Of a DNA stretch of 58,657 bases, positions 11,237 through 22,465 are shown in pieces. Location of the stretch: assembly GCA_963827755.1 (NCBI GenBank), contig CAWHCQ010000034.1, positions 1 to 58,657 on the forward strand, in the 5' to 3' direction. The position numbers and the translations under genes are program-made. The notes below the pieces were generated by a model that was not told the DNA's origin, searched no databases, and saw nothing but the letters and a program-made list of their open reading frames with translations. The number at the start of each line of letters is the position of its first letter. Positions within the stretch are counted from its first letter, which is position 1. This stretch comes from an uncultured Gammaproteobacteria bacterium (GTDB lineage: Bacteria; Pseudomonadota; Gammaproteobacteria; UBA9214).

Positions 11237-11986
11237 TCAGTCTTTCCAGTACTGCTCCGTGGTGATCTGTCCCGGTTCACGGCGCTTGTTCTTTTTCAGG
11301 CCGCGTGCCTCGAGGACGCTTTGGGTGTCACGCACCATGGCAGGATTACCGCAAATCATCACCTGTGAGTTGTCGGCGGAAATCGTCAAACCGGCACGTT
11401 GCTCCAGCACCCCGTCTTCTATGGCTGCCGGGACACGCCCCTTGATGGCGTAATCCGTCTCTTCGCGACTGACAAAGGCGATGAACTGCAGCTGATTCGG
11501 GTGTTCTGCAAGAAGTTGCCCGATCGTCTCGCCGTATGTCAGTTCTTCAGCCCTGCGCACGGCGTGTACCAGGACAATATTTCTGAACCGTGTCCAGGCT
11601 TCCGCGGTAGTCAGAATGGAAAGGAATGGCCCGATAGCCGTGCCGGTAGACAGCATCCACAGGGTTTCAGCATCGGGAACCTCGTTGAGTACAAAAAAAC
11701 CGGCACCCTTGGGAGCAACAAACAACGGGTCGCCGGGTTTCAGCTTGATGAGTTCGGTGGTCAGGGGGCCATCCCTGACGGTGACGAAATAGAATTCGAG
11801 TAGCGGGTTAGCAGGGCCGTTGACGAACGAGTAGGGGCGGGCAATCATCTCGCCATCGATCTCCAGTGCGAGCCGGGTGAACTGGCCGGCAGTGAAGGGT
11901 GCAATCTCCGCCTTTAGCTGAACCGAGTAGAGCGTGTCTGTCCATTGTCGCAAGTTGACAACCTTTCCCTCGACCCATTTACTCAT
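11237..11986 (-). CDS. fpr: Ferredoxin/flavodoxin-NADP+ reductase
   Basis: MSKWVEGKV start; FTAGQF, RPYSFVN, STGTAIGPF, MICGNPAMV, TEQYW motifs. Confidence 0.95.
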   Translation of the reverse strand: MSKWVEGKVVNLRQWTDTLYSVQLKAEIAPFTAGQFTRLALEIDGEMIARPYSFVNGPANPLLEFYFVTVRDGPLTTELIKLKPGDPLFVAPKGAGFFVLNEVPDAETLWMLSTGTAIGPFLSILTTAEAWTRFRNIVLVHAVRRAEELTYGETIGQLLAEHPNQLQFIAFVSREETDYAIKGRVPAAIEDGVLEQRAGLTISADNSQVMICGNPAMVRDTQSVLEARGLKKNKRREPGQITTEQYWKD

Positions 11987-12257
11987 GTGGTTTGTACCTG
12001 TGGCTGGATTTCGTTGGCGACAATGCGCAGCTGCCAGCTGGTCAGGGTTTCTGCAGCCGATTTGTCCATCGGGATCAATACCGGCATTAATAAATCTCCA
12101 AATGGCTTTTACGTATGTCGTATCATAGCGTAAAACGGCCACCGGATTAGCCTCCCGGCTTTCTGCAGACGACCTGACCGGGCCCTGTCCTGGCAGTATA
12201 CTTTTTACCCTGCCCCGCAGGCCCGGGGCGCTGGAACTACAAGAGGTTTTGACGGCT

Positions 12258-12449
12258 ATGGATCAGATGTCGACGTGGGAAATGCTGTTGCTGGGCGCCG
12301 TTGTCCTGATGGTGTTGATCTGGCTTGGGCCGGGGGTCAAGGCATCCCTGGAACAGAGCCGCAAGGCAGAGAAGAAAGACTGGGCAGGGGTACTGTTTCC
12401 TGTCGCGCTGGTCATATTGTTCGTTATTTTTCTCATCAGTATGGTGTAG
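12258..12449 (+). CDS. Small two-TM membrane protein
   Basis: AAGAGG RBS upstream; two hydrophobic segments flanking a charged linker; 4 nt before the ABC ATPase start. Confidence 0.75.
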   Translation: MDQMSTWEMLLLGAVVLMVLIWLGPGVKASLEQSRKAEKKDWAGVLFPVALVILFVIFLISMV

Positions 12450-12453
12450 CCGG

Positions 12454-13392
12454 ATGACCAGCGCGTTGACAGTCCGCAACCTCACTAAAACCTACAAGGG
12501 TGGTCACCAGGCCCTGAAAGGCGTCAGCCTGGAAGTAAAGCAGGGTGATTTCTTTGCCCTGCTCGGCCCGAACGGGGCAGGCAAGACCACCATGATCGGA
12601 ATCATTACCTCGCTGGTAAACCAGAGCAGCGGTTCGGTATCCATCTTTGGCCATGACCTGGAAAGCAATCCGTCTGTCGCCAAGGCCTGTCTCGGGCTGG
12701 TGCCGCAGGAATTCAATTTCAACATGTTTGAACCGGTCATCGAGGTAGTCGCCAACCAGGCCGGATACTACGGCATCGAGCGCAAACAGGCGTTCAAGCG
12801 TGCGGAAAAATATCTGAAGAACCTCGACCTGTGGGACAAGCGGCGCGTGATGGCGCGCAGCCTTTCGGGTGGCATGAAGCGGCGGCTGATGATCGCACGC
12901 GCGCTGGTGCATGAGCCCCGGCTGCTGATCCTGGATGAGCCGACCGCCGGTGTCGATATCGAGATCCGGCGTTCCATGTGGGCCTACCTGCGGGAAATAA
13001 ACGCGGCCGGCACGACCATTATCCTGACAACCCACTATCTCGAAGAGGCCGAGAGTCTCTGCAGGAATATCGCCATTCTGGACGAGGGCATGATGATCCG
13101 TAATACCAGTACGCGGGAGTTGCTGAACACGCTGCACATGGAAACCTTCATACTGGATATCGAATCACCGGTCAGGAATCTCCCGGCGTCAACGGTTCAC
13201 AAGTTGAAACTGATTGATGAATCCACTATCGAGGTCGAGGTATACAGGGAGGACACCGTAAACGAGTTGTTCACCTTCCTCTCGGAGAACGGTATCAAGG
13301 TGCTGAGCATGCGTAACAAGACCAACCGCCTGGAAGAGCTGTTCATGAACCTCGTTGAGAACGATCACGAAAACAACAGGGCGCACGCATGA
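12454..13392 (+). CDS. yadG: ABC-2 transporter ATP-binding protein
   Basis: Walker A GPNGAGKT, signature LSGGMKRR, Walker B ILDEP, C-terminal SMRNKTNRLEELF. Confidence 0.92.
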   Translation: MTSALTVRNLTKTYKGGHQALKGVSLEVKQGDFFALLGPNGAGKTTMIGIITSLVNQSSGSVSIFGHDLESNPSVAKACLGLVPQEFNFNMFEPVIEVVANQAGYYGIERKQAFKRAEKYLKNLDLWDKRRVMARSLSGGMKRRLMIARALVHEPRLLILDEPTAGVDIEIRRSMWAYLREINAAGTTIILTTHYLEEAESLCRNIAILDEGMMIRNTSTRELLNTLHMETFILDIESPVRNLPASTVHKLKLIDESTIEVEVYREDTVNELFTFLSENGIKVLSMRNKTNRLEELFMNLVENDHENNRAHA

Positions 13393-14162
13393 ACGCACGC
13401 GAGAAATGGATTGCACTGCAGACCATCGCGACCAAGGAGATACTGCGCTTCACGCGTATCTGGGTCCAGACCGTGCTGCCGCCGGTAATCACCACGGCAC
13501 TCTATTTTATTATCTTCGGAAACCTGATCGGACCGCGCATCGGCAAGATGGAAGGCTTCAACTACATGGAATTCATAATTCCCGGCCTCATCATGATGGC
13601 TGTGATTACCAATTCCTACGCCAATGTCGTTTCATCCTTTTATGGTTCGAAGTTCCAGCGCCATATCGAGGAAATGCTGATTTCGCCGGTACCCAACTAC
13701 ATTATCCTGATCGGATTTCTGACCGGCGGTGTTGCGCGTGGCCTGATTGTCGGTATTGCGGTGACAGCGGTGTCACTGCTTTTCAACCCGTTAAATGTCC
13801 ACAGCCTGCCGGTCATGCTGAGCATGATCCTGCTGACGGCGACGCTGTTCTCGCTGGCCGGGCTCATCAACGGCGTCTATGCCAACAGCTTCGATGACAT
13901 CTCCATCGTGCCGACCTTTGTCCTCACGCCACTGACCTATCTCGGCGGTATTTTCTATTCCATCAGCATGCTGCCCGATTTCTGGCAGAGTGCGTCACTC
14001 ATCAACCCGATTCTCTACATGGTGAATGCATTTCGCTACGGCTTTCTCGGGATCTCGGACATCAGCCTGGTCGTGTCCTACGGGATAAGTATCGGCTTTA
14101 TCGTGGTGATGTACGTGTTCAGCCTGCACCTGTTGCGCACGGGGCAGGGTATACGGACGTAG
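13389..14162 (+). CDS. yadH: ABC-2 transporter permease
   Basis: KEILRFTRIWVQT, PGLIMMAVITNSYANVVSSF, LTPLTYLGG; ATGA overlap with yadG. Confidence 0.93.
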   Translation: MNAREKWIALQTIATKEILRFTRIWVQTVLPPVITTALYFIIFGNLIGPRIGKMEGFNYMEFIIPGLIMMAVITNSYANVVSSFYGSKFQRHIEEMLISPVPNYIILIGFLTGGVARGLIVGIAVTAVSLLFNPLNVHSLPVMLSMILLTATLFSLAGLINGVYANSFDDISIVPTFVLTPLTYLGGIFYSISMLPDFWQSASLINPILYMVNAFRYGFLGISDISLVVSYGISIGFIVVMYVFSLHLLRTGQGIRT

Positions 14163-14255
14163 GCAATCCCGGGGACTGTTGCGAAGCTCCTGCGCTCGAG
14201 ATTCACTCCTACAATTGACGCAGGCGCCTGCATGAGCGCATCTGCAACAGCGCGA

Positions 14256-15416
14256 TTAACCCTGTAAAACCAGTTCCCCGTCCCTGGCCGAGAGCACAAG
14301 CTTGCCGTCCAGCAGTGCCTGCAGCTGATCGCCGACCAGTTTCTTGCGCCAGCCCTGCATGAGGCCGGTATCCGTTTCACCGGCCACCAGTTTTTCGAGG
14401 TGTTTTCGCGTCGCCAGGACCGCCGGGTTGAGGGAGTTTTTTTCGCCGCTGATGCGCACAACTGCCATCATCACATCGACGAGGGCATCCTGCGAAGGTG
14501 ACAGGCGCTTGCTGAAATCCTTTTTGGGAAAGGGTTCGGGTTTATTCTTTTTGCCCGCGCTGACAAGCCCGAGCAGTTTTTCACCGCTATTCTTCAGAAT
14601 CTTCTCATTCAGGCCGCGTATCTTTCCGAGTGATGCCAGTGAATCCGGCTGGTGTCGTGCCAGTTCGACGAGGATATCGTCGCGCAACAGCCAGCCTTTC
14701 GGGATGTCTTTTTGCTGTGCGGCCTTTTCACGCCATTCAGCCAGCACCTGGAGGGTGGCAAGGCTGGCGCCCTTGAGGCGATTACCGCCCTTTACCTTGA
14801 GCCAGGCCCTGTCAGGGGCGTTCTGGTACAGGTCGGGGCGGGTGAGTTGCTCAAAATCCCCGCTTAACCATTCAAGCCTTCCCCGGTCGTTCAGCTTTTC
14901 CAGCAATTGCTGATAGATATCCACCAGGTAGATCACATCATCGGCGGCATACTGAATCTGGTCCTTTGACAAGCGGCCGCAACGACCAGTCAGCCCGGGT
15001 ATGTTTCTTGTCAAGACTGACGCCGAGGAGGTCATTGACAAGATTGCCGTAACCGATCTGGTCCGGGTAGCCCAGCAGCAGGGCAGCAATCTGGGTGTCA
15101 AAAACAGGGGCGGGCACAGCACCCCGAATATGGATAGAAGATTTCCATGTCCTGGCGTGCGGCATGCATCACCTTGGTAACGCGGGGATCGAAAAGTACT
15201 TCAAGAAGCGGTGACAGGTCATCCAGCGCCAGCGGGTCGATACAGGCAACGACTTCGGGTGTTGCGATCTGTATCAGGCAGAGTTTCGGATAGTAGGTTT
15301 TTTCTCTGAGGAATTCTGTGTCCAGTGCAATCCAGCTCGGCGTCTGAAATCTGTTCAGTAAACTGCTTGAGTGCATCCGGTGAATCGATGTACTGGATGT
15401 CAGCAGATGCACTCAC
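14256..15416 (-). CDS. rnd: Ribonuclease D (several frameshifts)
   Basis: IALDTEFLREKTYYPKLCLIQ, HAARQD, FDTQIAA, DWSLRPL, YAADDV, C-terminal HRDC region and GWR motif. Confidence 0.93.
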
Positions 15417-15430
15417 GATAGCAGGCGCAC

Positions 15431-15859
15431 TTAACCATCACCTTCTATCTCATCGACATCGACCTGGCCGGTCACACGACGGCGTATATGTGACCAGGAA
15501 ATTCCGATGGCAAGTATTCCGGAGAGTATCGCGAGGACGATATAGCTGATGGCCTCGACGCTGTCAGCAGGCACCAGGTCCCAGTCAATCAGCATCCATA
15601 GAATGGTGCCAAAGAAAGCGGCGGCCAGGATCAGGCCAAAGGCACCGAGTGACCGACCGGTTGCACGCAAAAATATTGTCCAGCCGATAATCACCAGAAT
15701 GCCTGCCAGGGCCATCAAGGGACTAAAATTTTGCAGGTTTTCACTAACCCAGTGGTAATACGATTTGCCAGACGGGTTATAGGTCGAGAACACCAGCACA
15801 ATTGCAGCCAGCAGGCGCAGAATAAATCCCGTCCAGGTCAAGCCCTTGTATGCAGCCAT
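15431..15859 (-). CDS. Conserved four-TM membrane protein (DUF6524-like)
   Basis: TYNPSGKSYYHW, RATGRSLG and C-terminal SWSHIRRRVTGQVDVDE motifs. Confidence 0.8.
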   Translation of the reverse strand: MAAYKGLTWTGFILRLLAAIVLVFSTYNPSGKSYYHWVSENLQNFSPLMALAGILVIIGWTIFLRATGRSLGAFGLILAAAFFGTILWMLIDWDLVPADSVEAISYIVLAILSGILAIGISWSHIRRRVTGQVDVDEIEGDG

Positions 15860-16095
15860 ATCATTTCCCCCGTGCGCCTCGATTGGGTGCGCATTCTATG
15901 CGTCGTTGACACGTCATAGCAAGTACAGCGCCACTCTGCTCGAGTATTGATTATTTTCCAAACACGGTAGAATGATCAATCGGCTGATGGCCCTTTACCC
16001 GGAGAGATCTGCACTGCCGGTATTTCTTTTGGCACAAGGCTCAGGTTATTTATTTGTTTTCAATGCATCCTCTTGTTTATATTGTTAATAGTCAT

Positions 16096-17485
16096 ATGAA
16101 AGTTGTCCTGATAAACCCCTATGAAATCGGCCGTCAGCCGTTCGGGCTGGCACAACCGGTTGCATGGCTGGAAAGGGAAGGTTGCCGCGTTGCCTGCCTG
16201 GATCTGTCGATACAGAAACTCGATCAGGCCGTGCTTGAAGATGCCGCCCTGGTTGCACTCTATGTGCCCATGCATACCGCGACCCGTATCGCGGCCGAGG
16301 CCATCCCTAAAATCAGGGCGATGTCACCCGGCGCGAGCCTGTGCGTATTCGGTTTGTATGCGCCCATGAATGCCGACCTCTTTGAATCGCTCGGTGTCAG
16401 TACCATCCTCGGGGGTGAAGTCGAACCCGGCATGGTGTCGCTGGTCAGACGCTTGCAAGCGGGCGGGCAGCACACACAGACCGAACCAAGGGTCAGCCTG
16501 GAGAAGATTGATTTTCTTGCACCCGATCGCTCGAAACTGCCGCCTCTCGAAAAGTATGCGCAGCTGATGATGCCGGATGGCAGCAGGCAAACCGTTGGTT
16601 TTGGCGAGACCACGCGCGGCTGCAAGTACCTCTGCCGGCATTGCCCGGTCGCCCCGGTTTACAACGGAACCTTTCGCGTCATACCGGAGAACATCGTGCT
16701 CGATGACATCCGCAGCCAGATCATGCAGGGCGCAACGCACATCTCCTTTGGTGATCCGGATTTCTTCAATGGCCCGGGTCACGCACTCAGGATCGTGCGC
16801 AAATTGCATACAGAGTTCCCGCAGATAACCTATGACGCAACCATAAAAATCGAGCATATCGTCAACTACCCGAATGAAATACGTGCACTCAGGCAGACCG
16901 GTTGCCTGTTCATTGTCTCGGCCGTTGAGTCGGTCGACGACCGCGTACTGGAGTACCTGGACAAGGGGCATACCCGCAACGACTTTATCCAGGCACTGGC
17001 ATTCCTGCGCGAAACCGGTATCGCCATGTCACCGACCTTTGTCGCCTTTAACCCCTGGTCGACCCTGGAGGGTTACCGTGACCTGTTGCGGCACATCTTT
17101 GATCTGCGCCTGGTTGAAAGCGTGGCGCCCGTACAGCTGGCCATCCGCCTGCTGATACCGCAAGGTTCATTCATTCTCGACCTCGACGGCCTGGACGAGG
17201 TGATCAGCCGAATTTGACCCGGTGACGCTGGGTTACCGCTGGAACAACCCGGACCCGCGGGTGGACAGGCTGCAGGAATCGGTCATGGCATGGGTTATGA
17301 AGGCAGAAGCCGAGAACACCTCACGCCAGAATATTTTCGAGGGTGTCTGGAAACTCGCCCACCAGCATGCGGGCCTGCCGGTACCGGTCTTGTCAGGGTA
17401 CGCGTCCGGTGAGCCGATACCCCGCCTGTCCGAGAACTGGTATTGCTGTGCCGAGCCGACCAGTGAACAGCTCGCATCATTCTGA
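16096..17485 (+). CDS. B12-binding radical SAM protein, CUAEP/CCAEP-tail family (Cys variant; frameshift near 17210)
   Basis: N-terminal YEIGRQPFGLA B12-binding region, CxxxCxxC (CKYLCRHC), FGDPDFFNGP, tail PRLSENWYCCAEP. Confidence 0.9.
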
Positions 17486-17521
17486 GCATGACAACACGGT
17501 ACAGGACCTGAGCGGCACCTG

Positions 17522-18416
17522 TTGAAAAGAATAATTTTCACTCCCGGCAAGAATATCAAGCCACCCGAAGAACAGCATAAGCAGCAATTACTGCGTTGCC
17601 TGCTCCATTCTGTCGGCAGGCTGGATGCCGATGTCGCACGCGAAATTGAAGCCACGGATGCCTTTACCCTGGTCCCGTGGAATTACACGTTCTACAACGA
17701 GTACCGTGATATCAACAGGGATATTCCATGGGTCGACAGGCTGCTTGAGATCGATACACCGGATTCTGCAGATATCTCGGCGGCACGCCCGCTGGCGTAC
17801 CGCTTTGCAAAATTCATGTACATGATCGGCGATATCATGCCCTGGCTGATCCCGCTGATCCCTGACAAGCGGGTGAAGATATCCATACAGGATACGGAAA
17901 GGTATTTTGCAAATCATGACAATATTGCCTGCCGGATACGCGAGTATCTCAAATCCGCGTTGCGCGAAGGCCTATGGCAATCAGGACAGGATACTGCTGA
18001 TCGGTCACAGCATGGGATCGATCATCGCCTATGACTCGCTATGGGAACTGGATCATCTGGAAGGCATTCACCAGTGTGTCGATTGCTTTCTGACGATCGG
18101 GAGTCCACTGGGCATGCATTACGTCCAGCGGCGATTCATCAACCATGAGAACCATCATCCTGATCCCTACCCGGGGAATATTCGCAAATGGATCAACGTG
18201 TCCGCGCGTGGTGACCTTGTCGCCCTGGACCCGGCGATCGCCAATGATTTTGACGACATGGTAAAAAAGCACTACATCGAATCAATCGAGGACCGGGCGA
18301 AGGGCGTTTATAACTTCTATCGTGATGAAAAGGGACTCAATGTGCACAAATCCTATGGCTACCTGGCGAACCCCGTGGTGGCACGGATCATAATTGACTG
18401 GTGGAAATCGGCATGA
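17522..18416 (+). CDS. Alpha/beta-hydrolase (lipase-like); frameshifted, start uncertain
   Basis: Nucleophile elbow IGHSMGS, TIGSPLG, GDLVA acid and NVHKSYGYL His motif. Confidence 0.75.
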
Positions 18417-19161
18417 AACCCCTGCTGATCGGTCATCGCGGTGAGCCCGAGACCTGGCCGGAGAATTCGTACCAGGGGTTCGAGGCCGTGCTGCGTGCCG
18501 GTGCCTGTTATATCGAAGCCGATGTCCAGATCACAGCGGACGGGGTAGCCGTGCTCAGCCATGACCCGTCCCTGCTGAAAATCACCGGCCTCAACCGGAC
18601 GGTTGCGGAGACGGATTACCCGTGATTCCGGCGCTCTCTGCCGGTTATCCGGAGCGCTTCGGGGAAAAATACAAGGACCTTGCCATTACCCGCCTGGATG
18701 AATTTGCGGGCCTGTTACAACAATGGCCGCAGGCGCGGGCCTTTATCGAAATCAAGCATGGGAGCATCAAGGCCTTCGGCATCGCCACGGTCGTCGATAC
18801 CGTGCTTGCCGTACTTGGCGAGGTCCTCGAACAGGTCATTATTATCTCGTTTGAATATGAGGCACTGGTCTATACGCGTGAGATCTGTCAACTGCCGATC
18901 GGCTGGGTGTTGCCGGCCTGGTCGGCAGAGAACCGGTCGCGCGCACAGGAATTGTCCCCCGAATACCTGTTCTGCAACATCAAGCGCCTGCCGAAGGCAG
19001 GTGCCGCGCTCTGGAAAGGTCCCTGGAAATGGGCCGTGTACACCATTAACGATGCAGGCGAGGCCGCCGCGCTTGCCAAGCGTGGCATAGACATGATCGA
19101 AACCAATGTCATCAGCAAGCTGCTGGCAGATCCCCGTTTCAGCGGAGAACCCGGTGACTGA
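18413..19161 (+). CDS. Glycerophosphodiester phosphodiesterase (frameshift near 18620)
   Basis: IGHRG...PENS, IEADVQITADGVAVLSHD, FIEIK, YTIND, IETN motifs; ATGA overlap with upstream gene. Confidence 0.9.
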
Positions 19162-20323
19162 GCATTATGACGTGGTCGTCATCGGCGGCGGCATCCACGG
19201 GGTCGGTGCGGCACAGGCCGCGGCCTGCGCCGGCTGTTCCGTACTGCTGATCGAAAAAACCGCGCTGGCGGCAGGCTCATCGAGCCGTTCCAGCAAGCTG
19301 ATCCACGGCGGCCTGCGTTATCTCGAAGGCCTTGACTTCGGACTCGTGCATGAAAGCCTGAGAGAGCGCGCCATATTGCGAAGGATTGCACCCGAACTGG
19401 TGCAGTTGCGTCCGTTTCACATTCCGGTCTACCCGGAAACCTCGCGCCGGCCGCTGACCCTGCGGGCCGGCCTGACCCTGTATGCCGTGCTCGGCAATCT
19501 GCGCGCCTCGAGCCGTTTCAGAAAACTTGCGCGCAGCGAATGGGACGGTCTCGACGGCCTGAGTACAGACAGGCTGCAGGCCGTGTTTCAGTATTTTGAT
19601 GCACAGACAAATGACAGTCTGCTGACGCGGGCCGTGATGCAGTCTGCAATCGACCACGGGGCGATACTTTCCTGCCCGGCTGAATTCCACGCCGCCCGGA
19701 TCAGTACAGCGGGCTGTGAGATCAGCTACGGGGAGAATGCCGTTGAAAAATCATGTTCAGCCTCGGTACTGGTCAACGCGGCCGGCCCCTGGGTAAACAC
19801 CGTGGCTGAACGTATCAGCCCGGCACCGAAAGGAATGCAGATCGACCTGGTTCAGGGTGCCCACCTGATCATGGAGGAGGGCCTCGAGAAGAACTGCTAT
19901 TACATGGAGGTCCCGGTGGACAAGCGTGCCGTTTTTCTTCTGCCCTGGGGCGAACACTCCATGCTCGGCACGACAGAAAACAGCTACACGGGCGACCCGG
20001 AGAACGTGGCCATCCTCGACCGCGAAGAGGCCTACCTGCTGGAGGTTCTACGCTATTACTTCCCGCAGCGCTCACCACAGGTGCGCGAACGGTTTGCCGG
20101 GCTGCGGGTGTTGCCGCTCTCCGCTGATGCCGCGTTCAAGCGCTCACGTGAAACCCACCTGCAGCTGGATAACCCGCATCAGCCAAGGCTGGTCACCATT
20201 TACGGCGGCAAGTTGACCGGTTACCGTGCCACAGCCGCGAAGATCATGAAACTTGTGCAGCCGACGCTGCCGGGCCGAAAGGCCGTGGCCGACACGGCCA
20301 GACTGATGCTCAGGCCCGTCTAA
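19154..20323 (+). CDS. glpD: FAD-dependent glycerol-3-phosphate dehydrogenase/oxidase-like protein (short form)
   Basis: IGGGIHGVG, SSRSSKLIHGGLRYLE, NAAGPWV, FAGLRVLP, GGKLTGYR. Confidence 0.82.
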   Translation: MTEHYDVVVIGGGIHGVGAAQAAACAGCSVLLIEKTALAAGSSSRSSKLIHGGLRYLEGLDFGLVHESLRERAILRRIAPELVQLRPFHIPVYPETSRRPLTLRAGLTLYAVLGNLRASSRFRKLARSEWDGLDGLSTDRLQAVFQYFDAQTNDSLLTRAVMQSAIDHGAILSCPAEFHAARISTAGCEISYGENAVEKSCSASVLVNAAGPWVNTVAERISPAPKGMQIDLVQGAHLIMEEGLEKNCYYMEVPVDKRAVFLLPWGEHSMLGTTENSYTGDPENVAILDREEAYLLEVLRYYFPQRSPQVRERFAGLRVLPLSADAAFKRSRETHLQLDNPHQPRLVTIYGGKLTGYRATAAKIMKLVQPTLPGRKAVADTARLMLRPV

Positions 20324-20324
20324 C

Positions 20325-21744
20325 ATGGCACCGAGCTGATCCTCGCGATCGATCAGGGCACGCATTCAACCCGCGCCATTGTCTTCGACGGCCGGGGCGC
20401 GGTGGTGGCGCTGGCGCGCAGGCCGGTGACGCTGCAGCGCCGCAGCGCAACCGAGATCGAACAGTCAGCCGACGGGATCCTGCAGTCCGTGCAGGCGGTT
20501 GTCGAGGAGGTGCTGCACCATCCGGACGTGGAGCGCGGCGCGGTGCGCGCGGCCGGCATGGCAACACAGCGTTCCAGCGTGCTGGCCTGGACACATGACA
20601 GCGGCGCGGCACTCGGCCCGGTACTCAGCTGGCAGGACCGGCGCAGCGAACAGGCGCTGCGCCACTCGCCGCGCACGAGACGGAAATCAGGAACATTACC
20701 GGTCTGCCCCTGTCGCCGCATTACGGTGCCGGGAAGCTGCAGTGGCTGTTGCAGCAGGCGGCATTGGTGAGGCGCGGGATGCCGGTTCACTGGTCATGGG
20801 GCCGCTGGTCAGCTATCTGCTGCATCACCTTCGTCGCGGGCACGCCTGAAAGGGTCGATCATGCGAATGCCTCGCGCACCCTGTTATGGGACCTGCACAC
20901 CCGCGACTGGAGCAAGCGGCTGCTTGAACTGTTCGCCATCCCGCGTGCGCTGCTGCCGGCGTGTCAGCCAATCTGTTCCGATTACGGGCGGATCCGTCGA
21001 ATACTGCGATCCCGCTGACGGCCGTGAACGGTGACCAGACCGCTGCCCTGTATGCGCAGGGCAGGCCATCGATGCACACCATTCGCGTCAACATCGGTAC
21101 CGGCGCCTTTGTGCTGCTGCCCGTCGACGACCCTGCCATACGGCCCGCCGGCCTGCTTGCAGGCATTTCGCAAAGTGATGCGCAGAGTGCCAGCTACTAC
21201 ATCGAGGGAACCGTCAATGGTGGTGCCAGCGCATTGAAATGGGCCGCACAACGCTACGGGATCAGCGGGATAGAAGAACAATTGCATGACCTGGCTCGAG
21301 ACGGTCACGGACCCGCCGCTGTTCCTGAATAGCGTCGGCGGGCTGGGCGCGCCCTGGTGGAAGCCGGGCCCGAAACCCGGTTTTGTCGGCGAGACGCCCT
21401 CAAGCCCCGTTGCAGCGGTGGCGGTCATCGAAAGTATTATCTTCCTGGTAGAGGCAAACGTTGCCCTCATGCAAGGCGTCAACAGCGCCGTGAAAAATAT
21501 ACAGGTCAGTGGCGGCCTGTCGAACCTTGACGGCCTCTGCCGGAAACTGGCCAATCTTTCAGGGCTGCCCGTGCATCGCCCGGTGCAGGTCGAAGCCACC
21601 GCCCGCGGCATTGCCTGGCAGGCCGCCGGTTGCCCGAAAGACTGGCCTGCAAGCGGACCGGGTGAGACCTTTGAACCGGTTAAGGATGCGGCGCTGGCTG
21701 CGCGTTACCGGAGGTTTACAGAGATACTGCAATCATCCCCGTGA
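20325..21744 (+). CDS. glpK: FGGY-family carbohydrate kinase, glycerol kinase-like (multiple frameshifts)
   Basis: LAIDQGTHSTRA, ATQRSS, SWQDRR, ANASRTLL, GDQTAALY, GGLGAPWW, SGGLS, EATARG. Confidence 0.8.
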
Positions 21745-21767
21745 CAACGACTGTCACCGGAAGCAGC

Positions 21768-21967
21768 GTCATCGCGGATTAGATCCGCTCCTACAGGGGT
21801 TGATGCGAATTGTAGGAGCGCTTCCGCTGCAAGCGCGGCTCGCACGGCCATGTCATCGCGGATGAGATCCGCTCCTACAGGGGTTGATGTGAATTGTAGG
21901 AGCGCTTCTCAAGCGCGATCGGGGCTCGCACCGGCCGTGTCATCGCGGATGAGATCCGCTCCTACAG
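21768..21967. repeat. REP/BIME-like cluster, GTAGGAGCG family
   Basis: Three copies of TCATCGCGGAT(T/G)AGATCCGCTCCTACAGG at about 21769, 21853 and 21940, alternating with inverted TGTAGGAGCGCTT units; period about 85 bp. Confidence 0.9.
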
Positions 21968-22001
21968 GTGGCTGATGTAGACACCTGGTCGCCCGGCGAG
22001 A

Positions 22002-22460
22002 TCAACCAGGCGCCGCGAACAGCCACAGGAACCCGGCGTTATAAAAGACATGCAACACGATAGGTGCCACAAGGCCGTGGGTCCGATCCTTGAAGAAGCC
22101 GAATACCAGCGATGGAAAGAACACCAGTGCCGCCCACAGGGGAGGGTGGTAGACAAAATGCAGCCCGGTAAAGAGGACACTGGTTAACAGGTTGGCAGCA
22201 CTCAGCGGACCGAAGTACCGGCCGGAGATATGCTCATGCACCAGCTCCTGCACAAGCCCGCGAAAGACGATCTCTTCAAGCACCGGGTAGACCAGCACCG
22301 GCAACAGGAATACAACAGGCGCAGCCAGCGGCCAGTCCAGCTGCAGCGATGGCAGCAGGATGGTATAGAGAACCAGCCAGGTGAGCGGACCCGCCGCGAG
22401 GGCGGCCCCGAAGAGGGGGTCTTTCAGCAGGGGGCAGGCCCCGGTTGAATGCTCAGGCAA
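22002..22460 (-). CDS. CPBP/CAAX glutamic-type intramembrane protease, JDVT-CTERM-associated (MrtJ-like); start uncertain
   Basis: YPVLEEIVFRG, ANLLTSVLFTGLH, PSLVFG, LHVFYN motifs; N-terminal DPLFGAALAAG. Confidence 0.8.
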   Translation of the reverse strand: MPEHSTGACPLLKDPLFGAALAAGPLTWLVLYTILLPSLQLDWPLAAPVVFLLPVLVYPVLEEIVFRGLVQELVHEHISGRYFGPLSAANLLTSVLFTGLHFVYHPPLWAALVFFPSLVFGFFKDRTHGLVAPIVLHVFYNAGFLWLFAAPG

Positions 22461-22465
22461 ATCGT

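Noticed and set aside
21768-21967. CRISPR array
   Set aside because: Units alternate in orientation, the intervening sequences are similar to each other, the same motif is dispersed elsewhere and there are no cas genes; REP/BIME instead. The same applies to 56850-57117.
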